From the NCBI GenBank assembly GCA_947040555.1, contig CAMRBW010000002.1:3836-67835 (forward strand): 64,000 bases of DNA. The letters are read 5' to 3'. Made by a program: the position numbers and the translations under genes. The first letter of the stretch is position 1; every line of letters starts with the position of its first letter. Shown piece after piece: positions 39,701 to 48,930 of the stretch. The stretch is from an uncultured Oceanospirillales bacterium (GTDB taxonomy: Bacteria > Pseudomonadota > Gammaproteobacteria > Pseudomonadales > Endozoicomonadaceae). Under the pieces are notes generated by a model. It had not been told where the DNA came from. It saw only the letters and a program-made list of their open reading frames with translations, and made no database searches.

Positions 39701-40252
39701 AAGGTAGTCTTCTTCATTGGGACGCCCGGTACGTTGCAGCTCCAGGTAGAAGCGGTCACCAAAGGCCTGCAGCCACTGCTGCATCAAACCATCAGCACTC
39801 CCCTTGTTACCACTTAGCAAAGCCTGCCCGAGCTCACCACGGCGTCCGCCGGAAAGGGCTATCAAACCGTCATTCTTTTCCAGCACCCACTCCCGCTTAA
39901 CGACAGCACGCCCCTGGTGCTGATTGAGTTGGTAGCTATCGGAGACCAGCTCCATCAGGTTTTTATAACCCTGGGTGTTCATACACAGCAACACCAACTG
40001 TGTGGGGGGCTCTCCCGCTATGGGATTTTCCAGCCAGATATCACACCCTGAAATCGGCTTGATACCCGCATACTGCGTTCCCTGGTAGAAGCGCACAAGG
40101 GAGCACATATTGGCCTGATCCGTAACTGCCACAGCCGGCATTTCCATTTTCGCAACGGTGCTGACCAGGGATTTGATACGGACAAGGCCGTCGATCAGTG
40201 AAAACTCACTGTGCACACGCAAGTGTACAAACTGGGTGGGGTGGTCGGACAT
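36740..40252 (-). CDS. dnaE: DNA polymerase III alpha subunit
   Basis: 1170 aa. N-terminal PHP domain (FVHLRVHSEFSL), polymerase core (PDFDVDFC) and an OB-fold C-terminus. Confidence 0.97.
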   Translation of the reverse strand: MSDHPTQFVHLRVHSEFSLIDGLVRIKSLVSTVAKMEMPAVAVTDQANMCSLVRFYQGTQYAGIKPISGCDIWLENPIAGEPPTQLVLLCMNTQGYKNLMELVSDSYQLNQHQGRAVVKREWVLEKNDGLIALSGGRRGELGQALLSGNKGSADGLMQQWLQAFGDRFYLELQRTGRPNEEDYLHGAIDLAIRLDVPVVATNDVVFMNRDDFEAHEARVCIGESRTLDDPRRPKNYSEEQYFKSSAEMCELFADIPEAIENTLEIARRCSVEVLLGEYFLPNFPVPEGMTMDQYFREFSIKGLEDRLALILDPAAADYEERRKLYYDRIHFELDIILQMGFPGYFLIVMDFIQWAKSNGIPVGPGRGSGAGSLVAYAQKITDLDPLQYDLLFERFLNPERVSMPDFDVDFCMENRDKVIDYVGRTYGRQAVSQIITFGTMAAKAVVKDVARAQGKSYGMADKLSKLIPFEVGMTLNKAYDQEEGLREFLEHDEDAREVWEMALKLEGITRNVGKHAGGVVIAPTKLSDFSPLYCDESGHGLVTQYDKNDVETAGLVKFDFLGLRTLTIIDWALKMINPRLQREGKEPVDITQINLEDPAAYVLLKQAETTAVFQLESRGMKDLIKRLQPDCFEDIIALVALFRPGPLQSGMVDNFINRKHGREGISYPDVQWQHECLKPILEPTYGIILYQEQVMQIAQELAGYTLGEADMLRRAMGKKKPEEMAKQREGFESGAIAKGVDGQLAIKIFDLVEKFAGYGFNKSHSAAYALVSYQTLWLKRHFPAEFMAAVMSSDMQNTDKVVTFIEECRSMKLAVMPPDVNSGDYLFGVNDEDQIIYGLGAIKGVGEGPIAGIVAARKEGGPFKDLFDFCQRIDSKKVNKRCLEALVRSGALDSLGPCPGMEELNRNRSILDTCMEGAVKAADQSARSAAGGLEDLFGGLAPAEDENPYEKYMAAREWPDKERLRGEKETLGLYLTGHPIDEYEQEIRHFVRNRISDLQPARDNVNIAGLIVNMRVMKSKRGDKMGFVTLDDRSGRIEVSVFSETFLKHQHLLVKDNLIVIEGEVSFDDYSGSLKANARRVLSLVEARSQYVKELEVGMDTADCRGQFVNELQRMLGEHAGSTPVAIQFEKEDARGRIQLGEQWAISPGDELVQLLRDRYGKDRVKVLYN

Positions 40253-40330
40253 GATAGCTCAATATGATTAACCGGATTGTGGTCAATCATACCAGCTGCG
40301 CAAGAATTTTCGCAGTCATGGGCAGGGCCT

Positions 40331-41401
40331 CTATAACGAAGAGTTGATCATCCTCATGCGGGATAATCCCCACACTTTGACAGTCCCGTCTTTGGAACAT
40401 GAGATCAGCCCCCAGGGGGGACGCCAGTTCATATATATGACTGCGCCCTTATGCTTCCTGAGAATACTGATTACACCCCATGACTTTTTTTTCAGTGCCC
40501 ACAATCTGATCGTGCTGTCACCAGAGCCTGAGGCGAGTATCTTCCCGTTGGGGCTGAAGGCCAAACAGTTGACCCCGGCTTCATGCCCCGAAAGGATATT
40601 GATATTTTCTGACTCCCCCGGCTTTTTTAGCCCCCACAATCCGATCGTGCCGTCATTAAGGCCTGAGGCGAGTACCTGCCCGTCGGGGCTGAAGGCCAAA
40701 CAGTTGACCCCGGTTTCATGACCCGAAAGGATATTGATATTTTCTGACTCCCCCGGCTTTTTTAGCCCCCACAATCCGATCGTGCCGTCATCAGAGCCTG
40801 AGGCGAGTACCCGCCCGTCGGAGCTGAAGGCCAAACAGCTGATCCTGTCTTTGTGCCCCGAAGTGATACTGATACCTTCTGGCTCCCCCGGCTTTTTTAG
40901 CCACCACAATCCGATCATGCTGTTATTAAAGCCTGAGGCGAGTATCTGTCCGTCGGGGCTGAAAACCAAACAGTTGCTCACCTGAGAGAGCCTCAGGCTG
41001 CCGATAAATCTCTGCGGCTTTGGCAGGATCTGGTTCCACAAATAGATCATGCCATCTGTGTGTTCTAAGGCAAACAGCCTCCCGTCCGGGCTAGAGGTCA
41101 TTCTCCTGACACCAGACTGATTTTCCATCAACAACAAGGGAGCAATGCCAAAGTATTGAGCCAGCCGCAAAGCAACTGAGGGGGAACCACTCTTCCACTC
41201 GATACCGGCTTTCTCTTTCAACAGTTTGATACCCTCCTTTTTTTTCAACACTTTAAAGAGGATGAGGAAGGCGAAATAAAGAGTGGTTTTGTCAACCTTC
41301 TCCCAATCCTTGGGGAGCGTATTGAACACCTGGCTTTTAGCAACACGGTCTAAGTCGCACACCTTTTTAAAGTATTGGCAAGTGCGCCGAAGGGAAAGCA
41401 T
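40331..41401 (-). CDS. WD40-repeat protein (eukaryote-like)
   Basis: At least 5 WD40 units (GH..V..LAFSPDGQ.LASG..DGTIGLW). Two 135-bp units (40571-40705 and 40706-40840) are about 95% identical at the nt level. Confidence 0.8.
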   Translation of the reverse strand: MLSLRRTCQYFKKVCDLDRVAKSQVFNTLPKDWEKVDKTTLYFAFLILFKVLKKKEGIKLLKEKAGIEWKSGSPSVALRLAQYFGIAPLLLMENQSGVRRMTSSPDGRLFALEHTDGMIYLWNQILPKPQRFIGSLRLSQVSNCLVFSPDGQILASGFNNSMIGLWWLKKPGEPEGISITSGHKDRISCLAFSSDGRVLASGSDDGTIGLWGLKKPGESENINILSGHETGVNCLAFSPDGQVLASGLNDGTIGLWGLKKPGESENINILSGHEAGVNCLAFSPNGKILASGSGDSTIRLWALKKKSWGVISILRKHKGAVIYMNWRPPWGLISCSKDGTVKVWGLSRMRMINSSL

Positions 41402-41856
41402 ATCGGTGAGCTTTGTATAGGAGAATACTATTGCCAGTATTTCGGGGGAAAGGCTGAGGATGGGGCATCTGCATACCTCGCAGCCTCTTCCAGCCCCCTG
41501 TCGGGCAGCGGCTCAAGCGCAGAGGGGGATCTCTTTTGCACTTTTGAGAGGGTTGACTCTGCCCTGCAACAAGCTCAGCTGTTCTACCCCGCTTATGTGT
41601 CCGGATACCCGTCTGATTCCCTGCCTTGTTCACAGGTTGCCCTCCGCTACCTGTCACCGCATCACCTCTGAAAATCACACCACCTTCCCTTGCGCCGCCT
41701 TTTAATACTGCACAGATCGTAGAGGATAACAGGCCGGTCATCACTAACAACAGGGTAAGAGCGACTAACTTAGCCACGGCTGAAAAGGCCCTCTATATGT
41801 GCTGCAAATCAGGTGGTCATCATTGCGCACCTCACATGGGGTCTGTCTGGACAGGA

Positions 41857-42483
41857 TCAGGCGAGTTCTTCAGCTTCCAGACAGTCCCGCACCGGCTTAA
41901 AGGAGCGGCGGTGAATGGGCGTGGCACCCAGTTTCTGCAGAGCTTCAAGATGGGCTTTGGTGGGATAGCCTTTGTGCCCGGCAATACCGTAGCCTGGATA
42001 GAGGGCATCGAGCGCCACCATCTCCCGATCCCGCACCACTTTGGCCAGAATCGAGGCGGCAGATATCTCAGCTATACGACCATCGCCTTTTATTTCTGCA
42101 CGAGCAGGACAACCAAAATCCGGTGTTCGGTTACCATCCACCAGCACCAGGGTCGGCCTGACCGAGAGTCCGGCAACCGCACGCTGCATAGCCAGCATGG
42201 TGGCCTGAAGAATATTGAGTTCATCAATCTCTGCCACCTCACAACGGCCAATCGCCCAGCTCAGGGCTTTCTCCCTGATCTCATCAAACAAGGCATTGCG
42301 TTTCTTTTCGCTAAGTTTTTTGGAGTCATCAAGACCGGCTATTGGACGGCTGGGATCGAGAATAACAGCAGCCGTCACCACCGCGCCACACAGCGGCCCT
42401 CGACCAACCTCATCAACACCGGCAATAATTTCCGATACCGAAACCTGTTCGGTAAACAACCCCGTCTGTACCCACTCATCCAT
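41857..42483 (-). CDS. rnhB: Ribonuclease HII
   Basis: [10 protein letters not shown] motif. The start at 42483 overlaps the lpxB stop (ATGGATGA). Confidence 0.93.
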   Translation of the reverse strand: MDEWVQTGLFTEQVSVSEIIAGVDEVGRGPLCGAVVTAAVILDPSRPIAGLDDSKKLSEKKRNALFDEIREKALSWAIGRCEVAEIDELNILQATMLAMQRAVAGLSVRPTLVLVDGNRTPDFGCPARAEIKGDGRIAEISAASILAKVVRDREMVALDALYPGYGIAGHKGYPTKAHLEALQKLGATPIHRRSFKPVRDCLEAEELA

Positions 42484-43714
42484 GATCGACACTCTCTGAT
42501 TTGCAAACCAAATCCATAACCACATCGGCCGCCTTGACGCTGGCGTTCTGACGTAGCTGTACGTGTATCTCCCGATATTTTTCTATCAGCTTCCGATTAG
42601 CCTCGGAATCTTCCAGCGTGCCCAGCATAGCTGACGACAGTGATTGCACCGTAGCCTCATCCTGTAGCAGCTCGGGAATAATTTTCTCGCCAGCCAGCAG
42701 GTTCGGCAGTGAGACACTCTCCACTTTGACCAACCGGCTCAGTATCGCGAAAGTCAGCGCATTCATCCGGTAACTGATGACCATGGGCTTTTTGTGCAGC
42801 AAACCTTCCAACGCTGCGGTTCCGGAAGCCATTAACAACGCATCAGCAGCGGCCATAACCTCATGGGAGCAACCGTCTAACAACTGGACAGGAAGCTCAT
42901 CACCTCTCGAAGCCAGTAGCGTCTCAATCTGCCGGCGTCGTTCGCTGTTGACGCAGGGTATGAGAAAACGCAATTCGGGGCGGTGTTTTAGCAGTTCAGC
43001 GGCGGTATCCAGAAACAGGGGCGCCAGATGCTTCACCTCACCAGAGCGACTGCCAGGCAGCAATCCGACAATCGTTTCATCAGCGCCAAGCTCTAATGCA
43101 CGACGAGCGACTTCTGTTTCAGGCTCAACGGGAATCTGGCAGGCCAGTGGATGACCGGTAAACGTCGCAGGAACACCATATTCGTCGTATATAGCGGCCT
43201 CGAACGGCAACAGACAGAGCATATGATCAACGGCTTTGCGAATGCTCAATATCCGCTTACGACGCCATGCCCATACTGATGGACTGACATAATGCACGGT
43301 ACGAATACCCGCATCATGGAGTTTGCGCTCAAGGGGCAAATTGAAGTCAGGGGCATCAATGCCAATAAATACCGCAGGGGGATGTGCAAGCAGCTGGTCA
43401 CGCACGGCACTCCGAATATGGAGTAATTCCTTAAGACGACCAAGGACTTCCACCAGCCCCATAACCGAAAGACGTTCCATAGGAAACAGTGTCTCGAAGC
43501 CTTCGGCAATCATCAGCGGCCCGCCGATGCCGACAAAGCGGGCATCAGGGCAGCGTTTTTTCAGCTCACGTATCAGACCTGCACCCAGAATATCACCGGA
43601 AGCTTCACCGGCAACAACAGCGAAGGTCACCGCTTTATCAGCACTCACGCTCTTCAGCATTAACGAACTATCCAGCATTAACGAACTATCCAGCATTAAC
43701 GAACTATCCAGCAT
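42476..43714 (-). CDS. lpxB: Lipid-A-disaccharide synthase
   Basis: [20 protein letters not shown] is typical of LpxB. The N-terminal 18 aa (MLDSSL x3) are encoded by the tandem repeat, so the functional start may be the 4th ATG, at 43660. Confidence 0.92.
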   Translation of the reverse strand: MLDSSLMLDSSLMLDSSLMLKSVSADKAVTFAVVAGEASGDILGAGLIRELKKRCPDARFVGIGGPLMIAEGFETLFPMERLSVMGLVEVLGRLKELLHIRSAVRDQLLAHPPAVFIGIDAPDFNLPLERKLHDAGIRTVHYVSPSVWAWRRKRILSIRKAVDHMLCLLPFEAAIYDEYGVPATFTGHPLACQIPVEPETEVARRALELGADETIVGLLPGSRSGEVKHLAPLFLDTAAELLKHRPELRFLIPCVNSERRRQIETLLASRGDELPVQLLDGCSHEVMAAADALLMASGTAALEGLLHKKPMVISYRMNALTFAILSRLVKVESVSLPNLLAGEKIIPELLQDEATVQSLSSAMLGTLEDSEANRKLIEKYREIHVQLRQNASVKAADVVMDLVCKSESVDHG

Positions 43715-43726
43715 TAACGCACTATG
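43655..43726 (-). repeat. 18-bp tandem repeat x4 spanning the lpxA stop / lpxB start junction
   Basis: Minus-strand units TTAATGCTGGATAGTTCG x3, plus a diverged founder unit (gtgcgTTAATGCTG). Each unit carries a TAATG stop-start overlap. Confidence 0.9.
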
Positions 43727-44508
43727 CCGCGGGTAGACGACTGTAAGCTCTTAACCAGAACCTCTATCTGGGGCAGATGACCGGCCTTGCTCTCCAACAG
43801 TTTAATCGCTTCTTCCAGTTTCAGGTTCTGACGATAGATCACCTTGTAAGCACGGCGCAAATCCTGAATGATCTCTTCACTCCATCCTCGACGACGCATA
43901 CCCTCAAAGTTCATACCGTGAGCTTTTGCCGGAGAGCCACTGGCCATAACATAGGCCGGCAGATCTTTGAACAGAGCAGTTCCGGCAGCCGTCATACTGC
44001 CCTGACCAATACGACAGAATTGATGAACGGCAGTGAAGCCACCGAAAATAACGCCATCATCGACGATCACATGACCGGCCAGTGCCGTATTATTGGCAAA
44101 TATAGAGTCGTTACCGATCACGCAGTCATGGGCGATATGAACGTAGGCCATCAGCAGATTATTGTTGCCAATAGAGGTCAGGCTGTTGTCTTGTACTGTA
44201 CCGCGATGGATCGTACACCCTTCACGGATAATATTGTTATCACCGATCTCCAGGAGGGTTGGCTCCCCCTGGTATTTTTTATCCTGACAGTCCTCACCAA
44301 CCGATGAAAACTGAAAAATTGTGTTGTTACGACCGATAGTCGTTGGCCCATTGACAACAACGTGGGAGTGAACCTTCGTACCAGAGCCAATTTCTACATC
44401 AGGTCCGATAACGGCGAATGGCCCAACTTCTACATCATCGGCCAACCGCGCAGAGGGGTGGATAACGGCACGGGAGTCGATCAAGGTCAGATTTCCTTTT
44501 TCACACAT
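43714..44508 (-). CDS. lpxA: UDP-N-acetylglucosamine O-acyltransferase
   Basis: Left-handed beta-helix hexapeptide repeats and a C-terminal helical domain, in the syntenic position. Confidence 0.93.
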   Translation of the reverse strand: MCEKGNLTLIDSRAVIHPSARLADDVEVGPFAVIGPDVEIGSGTKVHSHVVVNGPTTIGRNNTIFQFSSVGEDCQDKKYQGEPTLLEIGDNNIIREGCTIHRGTVQDNSLTSIGNNNLLMAYVHIAHDCVIGNDSIFANNTALAGHVIVDDGVIFGGFTAVHQFCRIGQGSMTAAGTALFKDLPAYVMASGSPAKAHGMNFEGMRRRGWSEEIIQDLRRAYKVIYRQNLKLEEAIKLLESKAGHLPQIEVLVKSLQSSTRGIVR

Positions 44509-44754
44509 GTTATAACAGCAAAGTGTTCCATCTTATCATCCTCTCTTTGATGTTCAGATAAGAAGAATTTAAAACAACCATTTCTTCACCATGAAAACAC
44601 AACCCCCATTTCCATTATTTGGGGGGGGCTACATTTCCCGCTTAATTTCCCGCTTATGGCTGCTTGTCGATGAGTTTCGATCTCATATCAATTCTGCTTC
44701 CAGACAACATGCAGCCGGTCATACCGGTTCGGGACCAGCATGACCGGAAAAATA

Positions 44755-45822
44755 TTATTCGCTTTTTGCGAATGCTTTTTCCAGCACCTTCAGGCGGCGC
44801 GCCATATCGTCCAGTTGACGAAAACGTACCGTGTTCTTGCGCCACTCTTTCACCGGCATCATACCGATACCGCCGGAGGACCATTCACCAGGCCCATTAA
44901 TAGACTTGGTAATCATCGCCACGCCGGCAATATGGACATTGTCCGCAATGGTCAAATGGCCCGCCAGAGAGGAGCCACCCGCAATGGTACAACCACTGCC
45001 GACTTTGGTACTTCCGGAGATACCGACGTTTCCGGCAATGGCGGTATTGCGACCGATCTCGACGTTATGGGCGATCTGAATCAGGTTGTCCAGCTTCACA
45101 CCGTCGTGGATCACGGTATTACCCAGTGCGCCACGATCAATGGCGGTGTTGGCACCGATCTCGACATCGTTGCCGATCACAACACCACCGAGCTGAGCAA
45201 TCTTGATCCACTCCCCATTGGCATGGGCAAAGCCAAAACCATCCGAACCGAGCACGGCGCCGGCGTGAATGATGCACCGGGCGCCCACAGTCACACCGTG
45301 ATAAAGCGTCACGTTCGCCTTAAGCACCGTATCGGCACCCACACAACTATGCTGGCCGATGTAACAGCTACCCAGAATACGGGCACCGGCGGCGATCTCG
45401 GCACCGGCCTCCACCACGCTATTGGGACCAATCCATGCCTGCGGGTCAACCGTAGCACTCTCTGCGACAACAGCGGAAGGATGGATACCCACCTGTTCGC
45501 CATTGCCGGCATCGAAAAGACAACTCACCCTGGCAAAGCCAAGGTACGGATTATCCATGACAATGGCATTGCCCGCGAAGCCGGCCGCCATGTCCGGAGA
45601 GAGAATCACCGCACCCGCCTGCGTTTCCGGCAGATATTTCGCATAAGCCGGATTCGCCAGAAAGGCCAGACTCTCAGGACGAGCATCCTGAAGAGTGGAC
45701 AGTCCAGAGACGATGTACTCGGGTTCCCCCTTGAGCTCAGCTTGCAAAAAATCCGCCAGTTCCAGCAGGGTGTACTGCTTTACAACGGAGCGCTTTACAA
45801 CAGAGTGCTTTACAGAGTTCAT
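44755..45822 (-). CDS. lpxD: UDP-3-O-acylglucosamine N-acyltransferase
   Basis: Uridine-binding N-domain plus hexapeptide repeats and a C-terminal coiled coil. An N-terminal extension is encoded by 15-bp repeats. Confidence 0.93.
   Translation of the reverse strand: MNSVKHSVVKRSVVKQYTLLELADFLQAELKGEPEYIVSGLSTLQDARPESLAFLANPAYAKYLPETQAGAVILSPDMAAGFAGNAIVMDNPYLGFARVSCLFDAGNGEQVGIHPSAVVAESATVDPQAWIGPNSVVEAGAEIAAGARILGSCYIGQHSCVGADTVLKANVTLYHGVTVGARCIIHAGAVLGSDGFGFAHANGEWIKIAQLGGVVIGNDVEIGANTAIDRGALGNTVIHDGVKLDNLIQIAHNVEIGRNTAIAGNVGISGSTKVGSGCTIAGGSSLAGHLTIADNVHIAGVAMITKSINGPGEWSSGGIGMMPVKEWRKNTVRFRQLDDMARRLKVLEKAFAKSE
45777..45822 (-). repeat. 15-bp tandem repeat (about 3 units) forming the first codons of lpxD
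   Basis: gctttacaacggagc / gctttacaacagagt / gctttacagagttcat, encoding [15 protein letters not shown]. Confidence 0.85.
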
Positions 45823-45832
45823 TGGCTATCGC

Positions 45833-46357
45833 TTATTTGGTCAGAGCATTCAGCTTGTCAATCACCTTGGCGGTCACATCCAGACCGGGCTTGGTGTAAC
45901 TGGCCGCACGCGCCTCGATAATTACATCGTAATTGCCACTCTTGGCGACGCTGGTGACAGCCTGCTCAAGCTTGGGCATCAAACGCTGAAGCTCTGCCTG
46001 CTGTGCCTGAGCGATCTCCTGCTCCAGGCTACGGCGCTGGAACTGGTAGTCTTCCTGTTTGCGACGCACATCAAGCTGCTTCTTGGTACGCTCGGACTCA
46101 CTCATGGTGGCGGCATCCCGTTCAAACTTGGTGACCGCATCCCGAATGTCCTCTTCCAGCTTCTTCAGGGCGTTAATTTGGGGAGAGTATTTTTTCTGGG
46201 ATTTCTTCTCGAAAGCCTTGGCAGGTACTGACTCTTCCAAAACTTTTTGGGAATCGATAACGGCAATGCCTCCTGCGTGGGACAGGGGCGCTGCCAGTGT
46301 AGCAGCCATAACCAGTGCCGTTAAACCTGATTTCAAAATAATCGTTGAACTTTTCAA
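45833..46357 (-). CDS. skp: Periplasmic chaperone Skp (OmpH)
   Basis: 174 aa with a signal peptide and a K/E/Q-rich coiled coil, positioned between bamA and lpxD. Confidence 0.88.
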   Translation of the reverse strand: MKSSTIILKSGLTALVMAATLAAPLSHAGGIAVIDSQKVLEESVPAKAFEKKSQKKYSPQINALKKLEEDIRDAVTKFERDAATMSESERTKKQLDVRRKQEDYQFQRRSLEQEIAQAQQAELQRLMPKLEQAVTSVAKSGNYDVIIEARAASYTKPGLDVTAKVIDKLNALTK

Positions 46358-46555
46358 GCTATTAACTCCTGCTCAAGGTGTCCCTGTTAATGATGCTTCG
46401 TTATCCAGGTCAACTGGCCTCACAGACGAGTCAACACTATGATTTTAAACATATTAAAGGGCTTTTTATAAGGCAGTTGGCCGACAGATACAACCGCTTC
46501 AGACAAAACCGGGACAGAACTTTCGTTCCGTCCCGGTTATTCAGGCATTACCCAA

Positions 46556-48886
46556 TCAGAACGGCGCACCGAGAGAGAACTGGAAGACTTCTGTTTCGTC
46601 CTCATTTTCAGTCTTGAGTGCCTTGGCGAGACTGAAGGTCAGCGGCCCCATCGGGGTGATCCAGGTCAGACCGACACCGACACTGTAACGAAGATCCTGG
46701 AAGCCAGGCTTGTAACAGTTTCTGCTGACTGCCTTACCGTTACTGTTCTTGGTATTGTCGCAGTCGGTAGAGAAGACATTACCCACATCCAGGAAGGTGG
46801 ATGTTCTCAGCATGCGCTGATCCTTAACGAACGGTAGCGGGAACAGTATTTCCGCCGTACCTTCCATCAGGATATTACCGCCCAACGGATCGTAGTCGCC
46901 ATCAGACTGCAATGCCTTCGGACCAAGGGTGTTGTCTTTGTAACCACGGATCGAGCCAAAACCGCCGCCGTAGAAGTTCTCAAAGAACGGCAACTTGGAG
47001 GTACTCCCGTAGGCACCACCATAACCCAGTCGGGAAGCCAGACGCAGAGTCAGACTCTTGGTCAGTGGCTGGAAGAACTGGTTACGGTAATTGAGCTTGT
47101 AGAACGACAGATCACTACCCGGCACCGTCACTTCCGCCGAGAGACTCTGGGACCAGCCACGGGTTGGCAGCAGGCTATTGTTCAGGGTCGACTGGTAGAT
47201 GCCAATATTACTGGTAAAGTTGGTGAAATTATCACCTTCCTTCTTCAGGAATTTTTTCACCTCTTCGGCCGGATCACTGCCCTGCTTGATCTTGTTGTTA
47301 TCGATACCCAGACCAAAACGAATACTGGTAATCTCGGAGATCGGATAACCGAAGGTGACATCCGCGCCCATGGTATCGACGTTATAGTTGGTGATATCGC
47401 TGTCTGAATAATCCGTCTCACTGTAGTAGAGACTGTAGCCGCGGCTCACGCCATCCACGGTGTAGTACGGATCATTGAAGGAGAAGCTGTATAGCTTGCG
47501 AGTGTCGCTGGTATTAAGCGACAGAGACACACTATTACCGGAGCCAAGGAAGTTATCCTGCTTGATGGCACCACCCAGAATCAGACCATCGGACTGGGAG
47601 AAACCAAGACTCGCAGTAATGGAGCCGGAAGGCTGCTCTTCCACCGTGTAGTTCACATCAACCAGATCACCGGTGCCGGCAACGGGTACCGTCTCAACAT
47701 CCACCTGCTTGAAATAACCAAGACGCTCAAGACGCGCTCTGGACTTCTCAATCTGGGAGGTATTGGCCGAACCGCCTTCCATCTGACGCATCTCACGACG
47801 CAGCACTTCATCCTTAGTCTTGAGGTTACCGGCGAAGTTGATACGACGCACATAGGCACGACGACCAGGCTCAACAAAGAAGGTGATATCGACCGTATTA
47901 TTCTCGGCATCGAGCTTGGGAATACCGGCGACCTTGGCAAAGGTATAACCTTCATTACCCAGACGACGGGTGATCCGCTCTTCCGTGGCCGTCATCAACT
48001 GACGGGAGAACACCTGACCATTGCTCACCAGCAGCAGAGGTGTGACTTCACTCTCTTCGATGGCAAGATCACCGGCCATCTTCACCTCGTTAACAGTGAA
48101 TTTGTTACCTTCATTGATGTTGATCGTGACATAAACACCTTCCTTGTCAGGCGTGATGGACACCTGTGTGGAGGTAATATTGAAATCGATATAGCCGCGG
48201 TCAAGATAATACGAGCGCAGTCGTTCAAGGTCACCGGAGAGTTTTTCGCGGGAGTACTTGTCGTCACTGGAGTACCAGGAGGACCAGTTACTCTGCTTCA
48301 TCTCGAACAGATCCAGCAGCTCATCACGCTCAAAGATAGTCGCACCAATGATGTTAACATCCTTGATGGTAGAGATTTTGCCCTCTTTAACTTTGATGGT
48401 TACCGCGACACGGTTGCGGGGCATAGGTTCCAGCTCCGCGGAAATACGCGCACCGTAACGCCCCTGGGCAACATATTGTCGCTCGAGCTCCAGACGGATC
48501 GCTTCCAGCGTCGCTTGCTGGAAAATTTCACCCTCTGCCAGTCCGGACTGTTTCAGTCCGTTGAGAAGATCGTCTGTTTTTAGTGCTTTGTTGCCTTCAA
48601 TCTCAATCTTGCTGATCGAGGGCCGTTCCACCATGGTTACGACAAGTATCTCACCATCACGGCCCAGCTGTATATCCTGAAAATAACCGGTTTTGAACAG
48701 TGCCCGGGCAGCATCGGCTACCACCTGACTATCAATATCATCACCGATAGAAATTGGCAGAATATTAAATACAGTACCGGCAGACACCCTCTGCAGGCCG
48801 TCAAGACGGATGTCGTTTACTACAAAAGCACTGGCCTGTCCGACAAGCATGCTTCCGGCGACGAGTGGCAGTAATAATCGCTTCAT
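46556..48886 (-). CDS. bamA: Outer membrane protein assembly factor BamA
   Basis: Signal peptide MKRLLLPLVAGSML, POTRA repeats, and a C-terminal beta-barrel ending ..FQFSLGAPF. The ORF opens at 48934 but I prefer the Met at 48886. Confidence 0.95.
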   Translation of the reverse strand: MKRLLLPLVAGSMLVGQASAFVVNDIRLDGLQRVSAGTVFNILPISIGDDIDSQVVADAARALFKTGYFQDIQLGRDGEILVVTMVERPSISKIEIEGNKALKTDDLLNGLKQSGLAEGEIFQQATLEAIRLELERQYVAQGRYGARISAELEPMPRNRVAVTIKVKEGKISTIKDVNIIGATIFERDELLDLFEMKQSNWSSWYSSDDKYSREKLSGDLERLRSYYLDRGYIDFNITSTQVSITPDKEGVYVTININEGNKFTVNEVKMAGDLAIEESEVTPLLLVSNGQVFSRQLMTATEERITRRLGNEGYTFAKVAGIPKLDAENNTVDITFFVEPGRRAYVRRINFAGNLKTKDEVLRREMRQMEGGSANTSQIEKSRARLERLGYFKQVDVETVPVAGTGDLVDVNYTVEEQPSGSITASLGFSQSDGLILGGAIKQDNFLGSGNSVSLSLNTSDTRKLYSFSFNDPYYTVDGVSRGYSLYYSETDYSDSDITNYNVDTMGADVTFGYPISEITSIRFGLGIDNNKIKQGSDPAEEVKKFLKKEGDNFTNFTSNIGIYQSTLNNSLLPTRGWSQSLSAEVTVPGSDLSFYKLNYRNQFFQPLTKSLTLRLASRLGYGGAYGSTSKLPFFENFYGGGFGSIRGYKDNTLGPKALQSDGDYDPLGGNILMEGTAEILFPLPFVKDQRMLRTSTFLDVGNVFSTDCDNTKNSNGKAVSRNCYKPGFQDLRYSVGVGLTWITPMGPLTFSLAKALKTENEDETEVFQFSLGAPF

Positions 48887-48930
48887 GGAATCCGTTCTTC
48901 CAGATAATGGTCTCAAATCCCCCGGGAGGG

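Noticed and set aside
41367-41777. 136-aa minus-strand ORF with a hydrophobic N-terminus, between rnhB and the WD40 gene
   Set aside because: Its G/R/P-rich, low-complexity composition is unlike the neighbouring proteins, and it overlaps the WD40 start in another frame. I treat it as a possible frameshift relic rather than a gene.
43655-43726. CRISPR array (also considered for the 13-bp repeats at 25857..25921)
   Set aside because: The units are head-to-tail with no spacers and are far shorter than CRISPR repeats. No cas genes are in the window.
44740-45921. 393-aa plus-strand ORF
   Set aside because: It is antisense to lpxD. Hexapeptide-repeat genes generate long reverse-frame ORFs.
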